A stretch of 64,000 nt of DNA from a virus (lineage: Duplodnaviria > Caudoviricetes). The DNA lies in IMG/VR virus record IMGVR_UViG_3300047160_003205, positions 1-64,000 of that record; one strand, given 5' to 3'. The notes beneath the pieces were generated by a model. It searched no databases. It saw nothing but the letters and a program-made list of their open reading frames with translations, and was not told the DNA's origin. Shown here piece by piece: positions 29,248 through 39,839 of this stretch (position 1 is the stretch's first letter; the number at the start of each line of letters is the position of its first letter). The position numbers and the translations under genes were made by a program.

Positions 29248-29463
29248 TCATTTCGAGCATGGCGGCGGTATGATCGTGACATATCGTGGCCTGACTTGAA
29301 TTGAGATTGCCCAAAGGAGGAGCAGGAACCAGCCCAGCACCGTCCAGCCGAGTATAACGTTCAGAAAGAAAAGAGGAACAAAATCCCATGATCTTTTGCT
29401 GAGCGCTATCGACGTTGGCAGGAAGTACGCCGCCAACAACAACACTAAGAGAACCCACTCCAT
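29248..29463 (-). CDS. Superinfection immunity protein (T4 Imm-like)
   Basis: YFLPTSIA...FFLNVILGWTVLGWFLLLLWA. Confidence 0.8.
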   Translation of the reverse strand: MEWVLLVLLLAAYFLPTSIALSKRSWDFVPLFFLNVILGWTVLGWFLLLLWAISIQVRPRYVTIIPPPCSK

Positions 29464-29502
29464 TGGACTTACCCCCTTTCAGCGACGGAACGGTAAATGC
29501 GC

Positions 29503-30738
29503 CTAAAACCAGGTGCGATAGTTGAAGTGTGACTCGCGGATTTTGACGAGGACGATGCGATAGCCCTTGTCGTGGACGACGACCTCGGTCATATCGTTGT
29601 TCATCTCCACGCCCTCTTTCTGGGTCAGGTCAATGGTAAGAACCGTCCGGACCCGCGTGCGTCGCCCGTTCTTATCACGGGCATAGACGGTGATCGGCCA
29701 CTTCCCGTCGCCCTTCCCGCTGAAGGGGCTCGCGATTTCCGAAGGGAAGTAGTCGTCGCTCATCTTTCTTGACTTGGGAGCCCCCTCTTCATCCTCCTGT
29801 TCGTACATTTCCATTACTCCATGGGGGTCTTCCCTAAACCCATGTTCACCCAGCAGCATCCCCTTGGGATCGTACACTTCCACCCGGTACTTCGCATTCG
29901 TGGAGACGTAGGTGATATTGAGGATGTCGAGGACATCCTTCACATCCTCGCCGTAGCGGTTGAGTTCCTCGGTGATGGCCTGGAGCATGTCGAAGCTGAA
30001 GTTGAAGATCATGGCGCCGAGGCGGACGACCGCTTCCAGCTTGGACTTGTCTTCTAGGTTGACCCCGAGGTACTCGCGCACGAACGCCTCGTCCAACCCG
30101 CCGAACTCTAGGGCGTAGAAGATGCGGCCGGGGCGGTTGAGGAAGTTCTTGTCGATCTTGTACTTGTCGTTGCTCGTGATCACCATCAGCTTCTTGCTAC
30201 TGAACGCGCCGTCGAACAACGTGAGGAGGGCTTCCTGCTTATCCTCCTCATGGTACACCTTCTCGAACTCATCGAACAGGACGAGGGCCGGTTGCTCGAA
30301 CTTCCTGATGAACTCGTTGAAGTCTGAGCCCGCATAGGGCTCGTCCACCAGGAAGATCGGGTATCCCGCGTCCACTGCGAGATTGGCGAGGAGCTTCAGG
30401 AGGAGGGACTTGCCCGCCCCCTTGTTTCCGAACAGGAGCACGCCCGTCGTGGACGGGCGATCCGCGAAGGTGTTAAGAAACCGGGTAGCCATCTTCGGGC
30501 AAGAGCCATAGATGCGCTCCGGCAGTTCGAAGGGGAAGGTGCGAGTGAGGTGATACCCCACCAACTGATTGAAGTTGACGAGGTAGAACCCTGGCGGCAC
30601 CCGGTCCAGGATGTCGCCGTCCAGTCGGGACGACACGAAGATGCGGGACCCGGTGGATCGGAAGACGGTGGGCTCTGCCGTTCCCTTCACCTTCCGCCTA
30701 ACTTCGTGGATATCTGCTTTTTCCAACATTTTGTTCAT
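29503..30738 (-). CDS. AAA+ ATPase
   Basis: Walker A GNKGAGKS, Walker B LFDEFEK, ITSN sensor, NRPGR. Confidence 0.88.
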   Translation of the reverse strand: MNKMLEKADIHEVRRKVKGTAEPTVFRSTGSRIFVSSRLDGDILDRVPPGFYLVNFNQLVGYHLTRTFPFELPERIYGSCPKMATRFLNTFADRPSTTGVLLFGNKGAGKSLLLKLLANLAVDAGYPIFLVDEPYAGSDFNEFIRKFEQPALVLFDEFEKVYHEEDKQEALLTLFDGAFSSKKLMVITSNDKYKIDKNFLNRPGRIFYALEFGGLDEAFVREYLGVNLEDKSKLEAVVRLGAMIFNFSFDMLQAITEELNRYGEDVKDVLDILNITYVSTNAKYRVEVYDPKGMLLGEHGFREDPHGVMEMYEQEDEEGAPKSRKMSDDYFPSEIASPFSGKGDGKWPITVYARDKNGRRTRVRTVLTIDLTQKEGVEMNNDMTEVVVHDKGYRIVLVKIRESHFNYRTWF

Positions 30739-30764
30739 GCTTTAGTCTCCGCTGATGGGGTACG

Positions 30765-32192
30765 CTATTGAGGGATGGCGTAGTAGCCACCCCCCTGGTC
30801 GATAACCTCTTTCGCGAGGATCATCTTGTGGAAGGTCGCGTACAGGGGGCCTTCCTTGATATTATGCTTCTCGGCGAGCGACCGGATGTCGCTCGACTTG
30901 AAGTCCTTTCCTGCGTAGATCGACATGTCGTCGAGGATCAGCTGGCGGATATCATCGGTCGGCTCGGGGTCGGGGGGAGGCTGTTCTACCGGGACCTCAT
31001 TTACCTGAAGCGGCGGAAGCCCATCCGCTAGCAGCGAAGGACGCGGCGGTAGCAACCGCAACTTGCCGCCCGGAAGCTCCTCAAATCGTCCGATATGGAC
31101 GAAGTTCCGAACTTGCTTAAGGAGGGTGGAGCGCCCGAAGCCCTGGTGAAGAAGGCCCTCGGTGACCTCTAGCTTGTCGAAGGGAGCGCCGTGAAAGGAC
31201 TCAGCTTTCGTTGTTATCGCTTCCGCCGCTTCCTCGCCCTTGAACCTGAAGGGGGCTGGAGACGACGGCGGCTTAGGGGGGACCTTGGCGGCCCGGCTGA
31301 AGCTAAGGGGTTGATTACCCGGGACCTTGAGTACCCTGTACTGGCCCGAGCGGAACGGGCCAATCGACTCAAGATACCCGTTCCTACACAGCTTCGTGAC
31401 CGCCACCGAGATAGAGCTCATCGACTGAACAAGCTCAGCCGCGAATGGGTTAAGGTCCTGAACCTGAATAAGCTCCCCCACGACCCGACCCATCATAATC
31501 CGGTCCGCCATTGTGACCTTTTCAGAGGGGACCGCAGGGGCGGGAGTAAGTACTGGGATCGGAGTAGGCCGGTCGGGAGTAGGACCTGATTCCTCCGAGG
31601 GTTCCGCGTTTGGTCCCAAGCGATAAGTGGGCGGCGTGTCACTGACGCGGACAATCCGCCGTAGCTCGGTAAGTTCTGAGAGCGTCTTCGGGAGCGACCC
31701 GATGGGGCGGTCGTCGCGCTGCCATGCTTTTACGATGTCATGGCGGGTTAGCTCGCCAGTGGAACTCTCCGCGATCTGGTCCACGGTGAACTGGCGGTGG
31801 GTCGCGTACTTCGGCTCAGGGTACTCGGGGTAGACGACACCGTCATCCTTCGCCCGCTCCAGCGCCGAGTCCAGCGCTACCTCCATCAACGTTTCAGCAG
31901 GCACCTCGACCGTGACCTCCGGCAGGAACTCCGGAGGTTTCAGTAGCTCCGGATTGAACGCCGGAGCCGGGGGAGCCAACATTGGCGGCGGCTCTACGCG
32001 CGTAGGCTTAGACGGAGCCGCAACGACGGCCCGAACGGTGGCTTTACCGTCGCCGTTGATGTTCTGGACCCTAAAGTCCCAACGGGACGTCAGGAGGATT
32101 TCGATGAGGGCGAGCGCAGGCTTGTCCTCTAGGTCAATGATAATGCGCTTACGCATGGGTGTTTTCCTGATTATCGAACTTGTCGAGTTCAC
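30765..32192 (-). CDS. Pro-linker multidomain protein, possibly tandem winged helices
   Basis: 475 aa; several short HTH-like modules separated by Pro-rich linkers. Confidence 0.55.
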   Translation of the reverse strand: MNSTSSIIRKTPMRKRIIIDLEDKPALALIEILLTSRWDFRVQNINGDGKATVRAVVAAPSKPTRVEPPPMLAPPAPAFNPELLKPPEFLPEVTVEVPAETLMEVALDSALERAKDDGVVYPEYPEPKYATHRQFTVDQIAESSTGELTRHDIVKAWQRDDRPIGSLPKTLSELTELRRIVRVSDTPPTYRLGPNAEPSEESGPTPDRPTPIPVLTPAPAVPSEKVTMADRIMMGRVVGELIQVQDLNPFAAELVQSMSSISVAVTKLCRNGYLESIGPFRSGQYRVLKVPGNQPLSFSRAAKVPPKPPSSPAPFRFKGEEAAEAITTKAESFHGAPFDKLEVTEGLLHQGFGRSTLLKQVRNFVHIGRFEELPGGKLRLLPPRPSLLADGLPPLQVNEVPVEQPPPDPEPTDDIRQLILDDMSIYAGKDFKSSDIRSLAEKHNIKEGPLYATFHKMILAKEVIDQGGGYYAIPQ

Positions 32193-32383
32193 ATGTGATG
32201 AGGTGGACTGCCTCGTTTAGCTTCCTGATCTGCTCCTCGTTACTGTTACGCCTCCCGGGTTCTGGGATGAAGGGCGGAGCGTTGAGAAGCTCCCGCTTCC
32301 GCTTCTTCATCATTTGGCGAGCCGCAAACTGGAGAATGTGCCAGTGCTCGCGCCGAAGGGTTATTTTGATGGGCTGCTGGTAG
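32180..32383 (-). CDS. Hypothetical protein (C-terminal part of track ORF 32149-32844)
   Basis: Small early gene; start uncertain, and the plausible reading frame is the minus-strand one ending at 32149. Confidence 0.3.
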
Positions 32384-32435
32384 TATGCCCGCTTCTTGGG
32401 GCTATTCGTCACGTCGCGTTTCACGCCGGGAGGTT

Positions 32436-32621
32436 TCATAGCTGGACTGTCACTCCGTCTGGAGAGATACGGTACAGCCTCGCGCTGGATTCGCCGGGAC
32501 GGGAGAAGTGGAGGATGATGGACCGACCGTCGCGGCCCTCGCGCGTGGGAGGAGCCCCGTACTTCCTCGCCAATGCCGCGAGCGCCGATTTCTGGGCCGC
32601 TGTCTTCTTGATTTCTACCAC
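32436..32621 (-). CDS. Hypothetical protein
   Basis: Follows the TATAAT promoter at 32639 and a GGAAGGA RBS. Confidence 0.55.
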   Translation of the reverse strand: MVEIKKTAAQKSALAALARKYGAPPTREGRDGRSIILHFSRPGESSARLYRISPDGVTVQL

Positions 32622-32675
32622 TTCCGGTCCTTCCCGCGATTATAGCCGAGGCGGCTAGGGAAAGAAAGCCCCTCA

Positions 32676-32858
32676 TTAAATTGTTATCGTTGGACGGGCG
32701 GAAGGCAGTTTCGCCGCTGCCTCTTTGAGGACTTTCAGTAGCTCCGTGTGGATATACTTGCGAATATGGAGGCGAATACTGAATATCGCCACGGTGTGTC
32801 CGAGCAGGTAGCCTGCTCCTGCGACCCCAAACAGGGCCGCCCAATCTTCATGTATCAT
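32676..32858 (-). CDS. Small membrane protein
   Basis: One hydrophobic segment; follows the promoter at 32904. Confidence 0.5.
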   Translation of the reverse strand: MIHEDWAALFGVAGAGYLLGHTVAIFSIRLHIRKYIHTELLKVLKEAAAKLPSARPTITI

Positions 32859-32983
32859 CTTTTGTCTCGCTTTTTGGAAACGGCGGGGGTTCCCGCGAGC
32901 TTAAGTATAGCCGAGCTACAATCTGAAAAAGAAGGCCCCTCAACCCGCTGCAAAGGTTGAAGGGCCTGAGTTTCTCCCCTCCA

Positions 32984-34147
32984 TTAATTGATGCTTCGAC
33001 CTTCAGTATCGTCATCTTCCGGCGGCACTTCCTCAGTGGAAGCGGCCTGGGTCATGGCCGGAAGTTGGGGTGGAGGTTCCGTGGACGGAGGATCAGCGTC
33101 CTTCGTCATTTCTTCCAGAAGGAGATCAGCCACCGTCTTCTTCTGCTCAGAAGCCGTCTTCCGAATGGCATCCAGTGAGGACTCAGTAAAGCCCATCGTC
33201 TTGAGGATGTCGGCGATGAACTCCGGGTTCTCCTTCACGTAGTAGCCCAAGGTGCCATAGCCGGGATAGCGGCTGTAGAACTCAGTCTCCCTCTGATAGG
33301 TCTTGGAGTTGGTGGTAGGCTCGGCCCAATTGAAGTAATGGGTCGTCTTCCGCTCGGCCGGGTCACGGTGGGCCTCTAGGACGGACCAGTCGGTACGGCA
33401 CAGCTTACCCCTTAGCGCCATCAGGAACTTGACGTCCTGTTCCTCGCGGGGGCCGTGCTGAGAGAAGTAGCCCACGCTAAGGTTCGTGCACTCGGGGATA
33501 ATGTCGATGTAGTTAGCCGTATCGGTGAAGGTCCCAGTCGGGTCTGGCTTGTACTTGCCGCCGAGAAGCATGCTCATTTGCTTCGCGAACGCCTCGGAAC
33601 AACACCGCCCTCCCCATTGCTGGGTAATGACGGAGTCATAGCCGCGCCGGTCCAGGGCGACCGCGAACTTGATGCCTTTCAGAAGCTCGGCGTGGAACTG
33701 GGAAATGTACTTACTGCCCGTGCCGCCGGACTCCTCACCGCGATGGAAGAGGTAAAGGCCCGGAACCTGCTTCTTGATCATATTCCAAACCAGCCAGAGC
33801 CCGGCGCCATCGTCCGCGCCTAAGCACTCGCCGATCTTGGGCTTGGTGAGCCGCAGGAAGCCGTCACGGAACTCGATCTCCTGGAACCCTGGCCGATGGT
33901 GCACGGTATCAGTATGGACGGACCACATGATGTTAGGGGCCGAGCCATCCGCGTTCACGACCCACTTCCAGTAGTTCCCGTGCCCATCGACCTTAACGTC
34001 GAGGGGGAGGATGAAACGCTTGATGAACGCGATCTCAGTCTCGCTATTGCCGGGGCGCTTGTAGCTCAGCATCGCCATAAGCGCTGGCGGCGGGGTAAGC
34101 GTGTTGGCTTTCTTTGGTGCCGGAACCGGCGCCGCATTGTTGTCCAC
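32984..34147 (-). CDS. M28/M20-family Zn metallopeptidase-like protein
   Basis: HTDTVH, GADDGAG, GEESGG, ALDRRG, TNLSVGY..QH metal-ligand motifs. Confidence 0.85.
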   Translation of the reverse strand: MDNNAAPVPAPKKANTLTPPPALMAMLSYKRPGNSETEIAFIKRFILPLDVKVDGHGNYWKWVVNADGSAPNIMWSVHTDTVHHRPGFQEIEFRDGFLRLTKPKIGECLGADDGAGLWLVWNMIKKQVPGLYLFHRGEESGGTGSKYISQFHAELLKGIKFAVALDRRGYDSVITQQWGGRCCSEAFAKQMSMLLGGKYKPDPTGTFTDTANYIDIIPECTNLSVGYFSQHGPREEQDVKFLMALRGKLCRTDWSVLEAHRDPAERKTTHYFNWAEPTTNSKTYQRETEFYSRYPGYGTLGYYVKENPEFIADILKTMGFTESSLDAIRKTASEQKKTVADLLLEEMTKDADPPSTEPPPQLPAMTQAASTEEVPPEDDDTEGRSIN

Positions 34148-34172
34148 AATGGACCTCCTCTTGGATTGTGTT

Positions 34173-35858
34173 TTATTCAGGCGGTGGTGGAGGGTTTTCC
34201 TCGATTACGTCTCCTATGATGTTAAGGTCCAGATCAACGACTATGCGGCGCCAATTGAAGTTGGGAACGCGCCGAACCTGTGGAGGATCGCCAACAATGG
34301 TCCAGGCTGTATTGACAGTGGTCACGAGGTGCTCCAACGGCGTCTCTTGGAGAAGGCTCTCATTCCGCTCGCCCCCTTTTTGAGGGTCGTGCTCGCGCGC
34401 TGAGGCCGCTGCGCGCATCTTCTTCGCTTTCACGACCCAGGCGTCCGCCTCATCGACACGGATGTAGAACTCGCCAACCGTCTTCGGGCGATAGGTGAGG
34501 CCGCCTGACTTAAAGGCGAGGGGCGACCACCATTCCTTGGTTCCGTCGAGGCGATAGACAATCTTGCCTTTACATTCGACGCGGGCCGTCCACCGAGTGC
34601 CAGCCTTACCGCATACGATTGTGTGCTTCCCCTCTAGGGCCCAGGCCTCAATGACTTGAAGGGTGTGTGCTATATAAGTTCCATTGTAGCCGCTCTCCCG
34701 CCAGTCCTGAACTTCGATCATCCGCGCCGCCGGATTGGCGGGATTTATCAGGATGGTCTGGTTCGACCCGTTACAGATTCTGATATGACCTTCCCGGCTA
34801 TTCAACCGATAGCACGGCGCACAGCAACGTTCCTCCACTGCGTTTAGGAAGCGGCGGAAGCTACCGCCATTGCCCTCGTTGAAGAGATTATTGCACAACC
34901 GGCATCTTACCGGCTCGGGCGGGGCATTCATCCAGCCGCCGTTGGAGCTGCCGGTTATCGTGGGATTATTGGTTAGGCACCAGTACTTGTCGGGCTCAGT
35001 CGGGTGCGTCGTAAGGCCGTAATAGTCGAGGTAGGGCATCATGAAGTAGCGAAGATGGGTCCCGGAGCCGCGTATCTTGCTTAGGCGGGCACCGTTGAAG
35101 ATCGAGCGTCGCTCGGTCACGGAGAAGTATCCGAGCTCACGGAAGTGGGTCTCCATGGCACGGACAAACTCATGGGAGCCGTCGAAGTCGCCGCTATTAG
35201 GGTAGATACGGCCCAGGGCCTTCTTCTCAGGCCACACGACGGCGCGAGCCGCGTACTTATAGGGGCACCGCGATCCCGGCGGCTTCTCGATGTAGGCGAT
35301 AGCCAAGTCGCCCGCGCCGTACACCTGAACCGACTGCTGATTCGACATGCACGAATGCGGCCCGTTCGCATAGATGTCGATCATCTTCTTGGGGTCCTTG
35401 GTCATTTGGACCTCGTGAAGAACCTTCGGCGCATTGCCAGTCTCGAACCACTTGACGTAGTATTCAATCTGGCTGTCGCTCAGGTACTTGTAGAACTTCT
35501 TCAGGTAGCGGCCGGGCTTGAGGATGACGTACTTGCCGCGAGCGCCGTAGTTCTCATCAGGCGTGTACGCGATCATGGTAGGGTCCTTCTCCGCATAGTG
35601 GGCGAAGTGACCGGGGATAGCAGGGAGGCGGGCGCCCCACGACAGGGGCTTGTATTTCTTGCTCTTTATGAAATACTGCTCGCGCTCGCCGTAGAAGACC
35701 TCGAACACCTTGTACCTTATATCAATGTAATGGTATTGGCCACCAATGCCGAACTGCTCATACCACTTCGCCCATGCTGCCTCTAGGGTGTCCGCATAGA
35801 ACTCATCCGACGGCGGATGATCCCGCGAAGTGGTGGAGAGCTTCCATAATTTCGCCAT
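34173..35858 (-). CDS. Conserved phage protein with a YANGPHSCM motif
   Basis: 561 aa; SCM motif, YAARAVVW, RIY and PYLD segments seen in phage proteins next to peptidases or amidoligases. Confidence 0.6.
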   Translation of the reverse strand: MAKLWKLSTTSRDHPPSDEFYADTLEAAWAKWYEQFGIGGQYHYIDIRYKVFEVFYGEREQYFIKSKKYKPLSWGARLPAIPGHFAHYAEKDPTMIAYTPDENYGARGKYVILKPGRYLKKFYKYLSDSQIEYYVKWFETGNAPKVLHEVQMTKDPKKMIDIYANGPHSCMSNQQSVQVYGAGDLAIAYIEKPPGSRCPYKYAARAVVWPEKKALGRIYPNSGDFDGSHEFVRAMETHFRELGYFSVTERRSIFNGARLSKIRGSGTHLRYFMMPYLDYYGLTTHPTEPDKYWCLTNNPTITGSSNGGWMNAPPEPVRCRLCNNLFNEGNGGSFRRFLNAVEERCCAPCYRLNSREGHIRICNGSNQTILINPANPAARMIEVQDWRESGYNGTYIAHTLQVIEAWALEGKHTIVCGKAGTRWTARVECKGKIVYRLDGTKEWWSPLAFKSGGLTYRPKTVGEFYIRVDEADAWVVKAKKMRAAASAREHDPQKGGERNESLLQETPLEHLVTTVNTAWTIVGDPPQVRRVPNFNWRRIVVDLDLNIIGDVIEENPPPPPE

Positions 35859-35958
35859 GCTATATCCTCAAACCCCAGCGTGCGACCGCTACGAAAACGC
35901 GGCCCCTTTAAGATAAAGGAAGCCGCGCCCGACAGGAAGCGAAAGAAAGAAGGCAAGC

Positions 35959-36330
35959 TTAGACAGGTATGCTGTCCTGGCTTTCCTGAAATGCCTCAAA
36001 CATTGCATCAGCCTCGGCTGAGGCATCCACCCAGTCGAGGACGGACATGACGCCGATGCGCTTGAGAGCCGCCCACAGGTCACTGTGGGAGCTGTCAATG
36101 TCGGTATCATATTCATCCGGATACCCCGGATCACCGTTGGGTAAGGTGCGGACGCCGGGGATGACGGTGATACGGATGACGTCCCAGGTCTTCAGGCCCA
36201 GATGTTGTTGCTCCGGGTGCTCCGGGGAATACAGGTCGATGCCGTTCACTTCCCAATAATGGTTCTCAACCTTCCGGTAGGGGAAGCCATGGGCAAGGGC
36301 GAAGCGGCTAATGGTCTCATCGACATTCAT
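35959..36330 (-). CDS. Hypothetical protein
   Basis: 123-aa early gene. Confidence 0.55.
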   Translation of the reverse strand: MNVDETISRFALAHGFPYRKVENHYWEVNGIDLYSPEHPEQQHLGLKTWDVIRITVIPGVRTLPNGDPGYPDEYDTDIDSSHSDLWAALKRIGVMSVLDWVDASAEADAMFEAFQESQDSIPV

Positions 36331-36545
36331 GAAAGGTTATCCATTGCTTTAGTGGCGGCGAGGACGCGGTTGGGGCAGGGCTCAAGCTTACGACGCTTGC
36401 AGGTACAGCTGTCAGGAGCCTCATAGCGGACCTGACTGTTGAGGACCCGCTCACAGCAGGCATAGGCCATCTCCCAATCGAATGGGGGTGTTCGCCGCGT
36501 GATAGTGGCGAACTTGATGGTTCCTGGCATCTTAGGGAAGCGCAT
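36327..36545 (-). CDS. Hypothetical Cys-rich protein
   Basis: 72-aa coupled ORF. Confidence 0.45.
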   Translation of the reverse strand: MRFPKMPGTIKFATITRRTPPFDWEMAYACCERVLNSQVRYEAPDSCTCKRRKLEPCPNRVLAATKAMDNLS

Positions 36546-36553
36546 GGTGCCTC

Positions 36554-36901
36554 CTATTCCAGTGTGGAGATATTGTCGAACAGGCCCTTTATGAAGGCCC
36601 CCGAGGCTTTCGCGTGCTTATAGAGGGCACGCTTCATGTTCGCCTTCGGGAGCGTAGAGAAGGGGAGAGAGACACGGACCTGCTCATCGCCGAGCGTCCC
36701 GTGGCAGTAGGTAATGTCCCACTCGGGGTAGCCGGGGTCGGAGACCATCCGCAGGCGCGTGATGTAGAGACCCGGCTCCGTCCAATCAACGGTGCGCGTC
36801 GGATTGAAGTTCCTGTCGGCGTCGGATTGTGGATTGGTCTCGCGTACCCCGACGCGGGCCAGTTCCTCGGGGGTCCATGTGGTCATTGGTCTTTCCCCCA
36901 C
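36554..36901 (-). CDS. Hypothetical protein
   Basis: 115-aa early gene. Confidence 0.55.
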   Translation of the reverse strand: MGERPMTTWTPEELARVGVRETNPQSDADRNFNPTRTVDWTEPGLYITRLRMVSDPGYPEWDITYCHGTLGDEQVRVSLPFSTLPKANMKRALYKHAKASGAFIKGLFDNISTLE

Positions 36902-37143
36902 AGGCGCTTCCAGTCGGCGTCGTCTAGGCCGCTCATCAGGAACTCCCGCTCCTCATCCGTCAGGTACGGGAAGGCATTTTGGATAGACATGCCGTCCTGC
37001 CACGCCTGATAGTCAGCGTAGTTCATCTTGAGGTGTCGCGTCTTAGTAGCAAATCCCGGCATGATCGGATAGACAGTGACGTCGGCTCCGAGCATATCCT
37101 GGTCCCACATGATCTCGCGGACAGGTTGATGCATTCCCGGCAT
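36883..37143 (-). CDS. Hypothetical protein
   Basis: IQNAFPYLTDEEREFLMSG motif; AGCGGAGAA RBS; promoter at 37188. Confidence 0.65.
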   Translation of the reverse strand: MPGMHQPVREIMWDQDMLGADVTVYPIMPGFATKTRHLKMNYADYQAWQDGMSIQNAFPYLTDEEREFLMSGLDDADWKRLWGKDQ

Positions 37144-37323
37144 TATCGTGTTCTCCGCTTTTTGTCGGCCTTTTCCGGCCTAACTTAAGTATAGACCGGA
37201 GACAGCGGGGACAGGAAGAAGAAAGAAAGGCGGACAACGGGGGCAGAACCAGCTGGGAGGCCCGTAAGCAGTTTTCTTTCTCCATGAACGGCGCGAGGGT
37301 CCTGGGTCGGTAGGGAGGACCAA

Positions 37324-39639
37324 ATGCCAAAGTTTCAGCATCCTCAGTCAGTGCTTGATTATCTCGGGCGCATTGGTGCGGAGGTGCTGAACGCAAGACG
37401 CGCTGTAATTCGCGAAACAGGGGGCAAGTATCCTAAAGACATTGCTAAGATATACATTCATCCTGACGGAACTGTAATCGCTTCGGATAAGCAATATGCC
37501 CCTAAGGAGGCTGAAGCCGAAGTGATGACGCTAGACCTGGTTAAGGTAACATTTCCTAAGTCACTAACAGTCCTCGATATGGATGGCTTAGTGGGGGCCG
37601 GGGCCAATCGTGGTATGCTAATCCCATTTTATACGCATAAGGGGGAAGCCGACCAGCGCATAAGCATGGTCCAGGAGTTCTGGATCGATGCTAATGGGGA
37701 TAAGCAGTTTGTTTCTTGGACCTATATGAGCGATGAAGGGTGGGTAAAGGCTGAACCCGACGAAGGGCTCCCATTCTGGAAGCCTAAGCATCGGCGAGGA
37801 ATGGATTGGCAACGGATCATGATACATGAGGGGGCAAAGTCGGCACGAGCAGCGGATACGATTGTAAAAGAGCAGGTCGAGCATCCTTGGATTGATGTAT
37901 TGTCGAGGTATGTGCATTGGGGGCTGATTGGGGGAGCCAACAATCCAGGACGAACGAACTATGAGGAACTCCGGGATGAGAGACCGCGCGAAGTTGTGTA
38001 TGTGTGTGACAATGATGATCTCGGGAAAAATGTCGTAAAGGAAGTCTCACGACTCTATGGACATTCGATGAAGGAAATAACCTTTGGTGAGGACTTTCGT
38101 GATTCATGGGATATGGCAGATCCATTGCCAGAGAAGTTCTTTACAGCGACCGGGCGATATGTCGGTCCTGACTTAAAAAGGATGATGCACCCCGCGACCT
38201 ATGCTACAAGGCAATTCGCTATAGATGGAAAGAAAGTAACAACCATAAACAAAGACTTCCGAGAAGAATGGGTCTATTGCACAGAGCCTGAACTGTATAT
38301 CCATCGAGATCATACGCATCGTATTCTCGGTACAAAAGCTTTCAATAATCAGCTACGGCCCTATAGTCATGTACCTGACATCGCCTCGTTAATGAAGAAG
38401 GAGAAAAGCAACCAAACAACTCGGATACGCTACAATCCTAGTCAGAATCCAGGCATCTATAATGATGGACGGGGTGTCTATGTAAATACTTATGCTAAAC
38501 CGACAATCGAAGCAGAGGAAGGGAATGTTGATATCTGGTTGGACTACCTGAACGGATTTGTTGCTCAAGACTATGATCGCGATGAAATGTTTCGCTGGAT
38601 GGCAACGCTTATCGAACGGCCTTCAATACGAATGAAGTATGGATTGTTGCTAATAACAGAGACGCAAGGAACCGGGAAGAGCACCCTCGCCGCGAAGATA
38701 CTGACTCCATTGATTGGAGAAGATAATACATCAGAACCTACTATGTCTGATCTTATGAACCCTAAGTTTGGGAACTGGAAAGCTCATAGCCGCCTGGCTA
38801 TTACTCACGAGGTCTATAGTAGTGGTTCTTCTATTCCTTATAATACATTGAAGAGCGTAATAACTGAAGATACGGCACCAGTAGAGAAGAAGTATCAAGA
38901 TCCATATACAATTGAACTATGGACTCATGTTGTCGCTTGTTCCAATTCGCGGCACGCCTTGAAACTAAAGGATGAAGACCGTCGTTGGCTTGTTCCTGAA
39001 TTGAGGGAGGCTAAACGACCACAGTCCTTTTGGAATGCATTCTATAATTGGTTAAGCCTTGAAGGAGGGCTGGGGAAGATTAAGTGGTCATTCATTGAAT
39101 ACCTAAAAACGCAGCCTCCTGTTTCGCGAGGGGCCGAAGCGCCTCTGACAGCTGCTAAGACTTCCATAATCAACGACAATCTGTATGCTGGAGGGTTAGC
39201 TGTTTTGAATGAATTGGTAAGCTATCACAAGGCTGTTAAGCATAATGAGAATGGAGGGGGCATTGATCCTCTGTATTGGAAGTATGAACTACCATTCACG
39301 CCAAATGGACATGTTCGCGGGACGACTGAAATAGCGGACTTAGCAGCTAGGCGAGGTGCTGTGGTGTTTGATACTGATATGATCGATATGATTAAATGTC
39401 GCGTTTATGACAGAAGATTGCCAAATCACCCGATTGAAAGACTTCAGGATGTTCGGAAGATTGCTAAGTCTGTAGGGTTTAAGGCAGGAAAGAACCGTTG
39501 CTGGATACCCGAGCTTGGCTATAAGCGTCGCGGGGGGGTTGTTCTAAGTTTACAACAGGAACTTGTTGACATGACGATACCTGAGCTATATGAGAAAGGG
39601 GTCCCTATCATAGTGTTGAATATGGGACCTAACATGTGA
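37324..39639 (+). CDS. Primase-helicase (Toprim-like plus SF3/DUF5906-type helicase)
   Basis: HEGAKSA and YVCDND Toprim-like motifs; Walker A TQGTGKS; ACSN...DRRW. Confidence 0.8.
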   Translation: MPKFQHPQSVLDYLGRIGAEVLNARRAVIRETGGKYPKDIAKIYIHPDGTVIASDKQYAPKEAEAEVMTLDLVKVTFPKSLTVLDMDGLVGAGANRGMLIPFYTHKGEADQRISMVQEFWIDANGDKQFVSWTYMSDEGWVKAEPDEGLPFWKPKHRRGMDWQRIMIHEGAKSARAADTIVKEQVEHPWIDVLSRYVHWGLIGGANNPGRTNYEELRDERPREVVYVCDNDDLGKNVVKEVSRLYGHSMKEITFGEDFRDSWDMADPLPEKFFTATGRYVGPDLKRMMHPATYATRQFAIDGKKVTTINKDFREEWVYCTEPELYIHRDHTHRILGTKAFNNQLRPYSHVPDIASLMKKEKSNQTTRIRYNPSQNPGIYNDGRGVYVNTYAKPTIEAEEGNVDIWLDYLNGFVAQDYDRDEMFRWMATLIERPSIRMKYGLLLITETQGTGKSTLAAKILTPLIGEDNTSEPTMSDLMNPKFGNWKAHSRLAITHEVYSSGSSIPYNTLKSVITEDTAPVEKKYQDPYTIELWTHVVACSNSRHALKLKDEDRRWLVPELREAKRPQSFWNAFYNWLSLEGGLGKIKWSFIEYLKTQPPVSRGAEAPLTAAKTSIINDNLYAGGLAVLNELVSYHKAVKHNENGGGIDPLYWKYELPFTPNGHVRGTTEIADLAARRGAVVFDTDMIDMIKCRVYDRRLPNHPIERLQDVRKIAKSVGFKAGKNRCWIPELGYKRRGGVVLSLQQELVDMTIPELYEKGVPIIVLNMGPNM

Positions 39640-39839
39640 GTTTGAGGGTAGTTAATAATGGTTCTTAGCTCTATCTCTATTTTTACAGCTACTTTCCTAT
39701 TCTGTTCAAAAAAGAGGTAATAGAATATAGTAAAGGTAAAAGGCATAGCAAAGGTAGGGGGGGTATATAGGGGGCAGTAATAGGAAGTCGCTGTGATTTT
39801 CGAGCCCGAGCTAGGAATCATTCTTAGGAGCTGGTGGAA

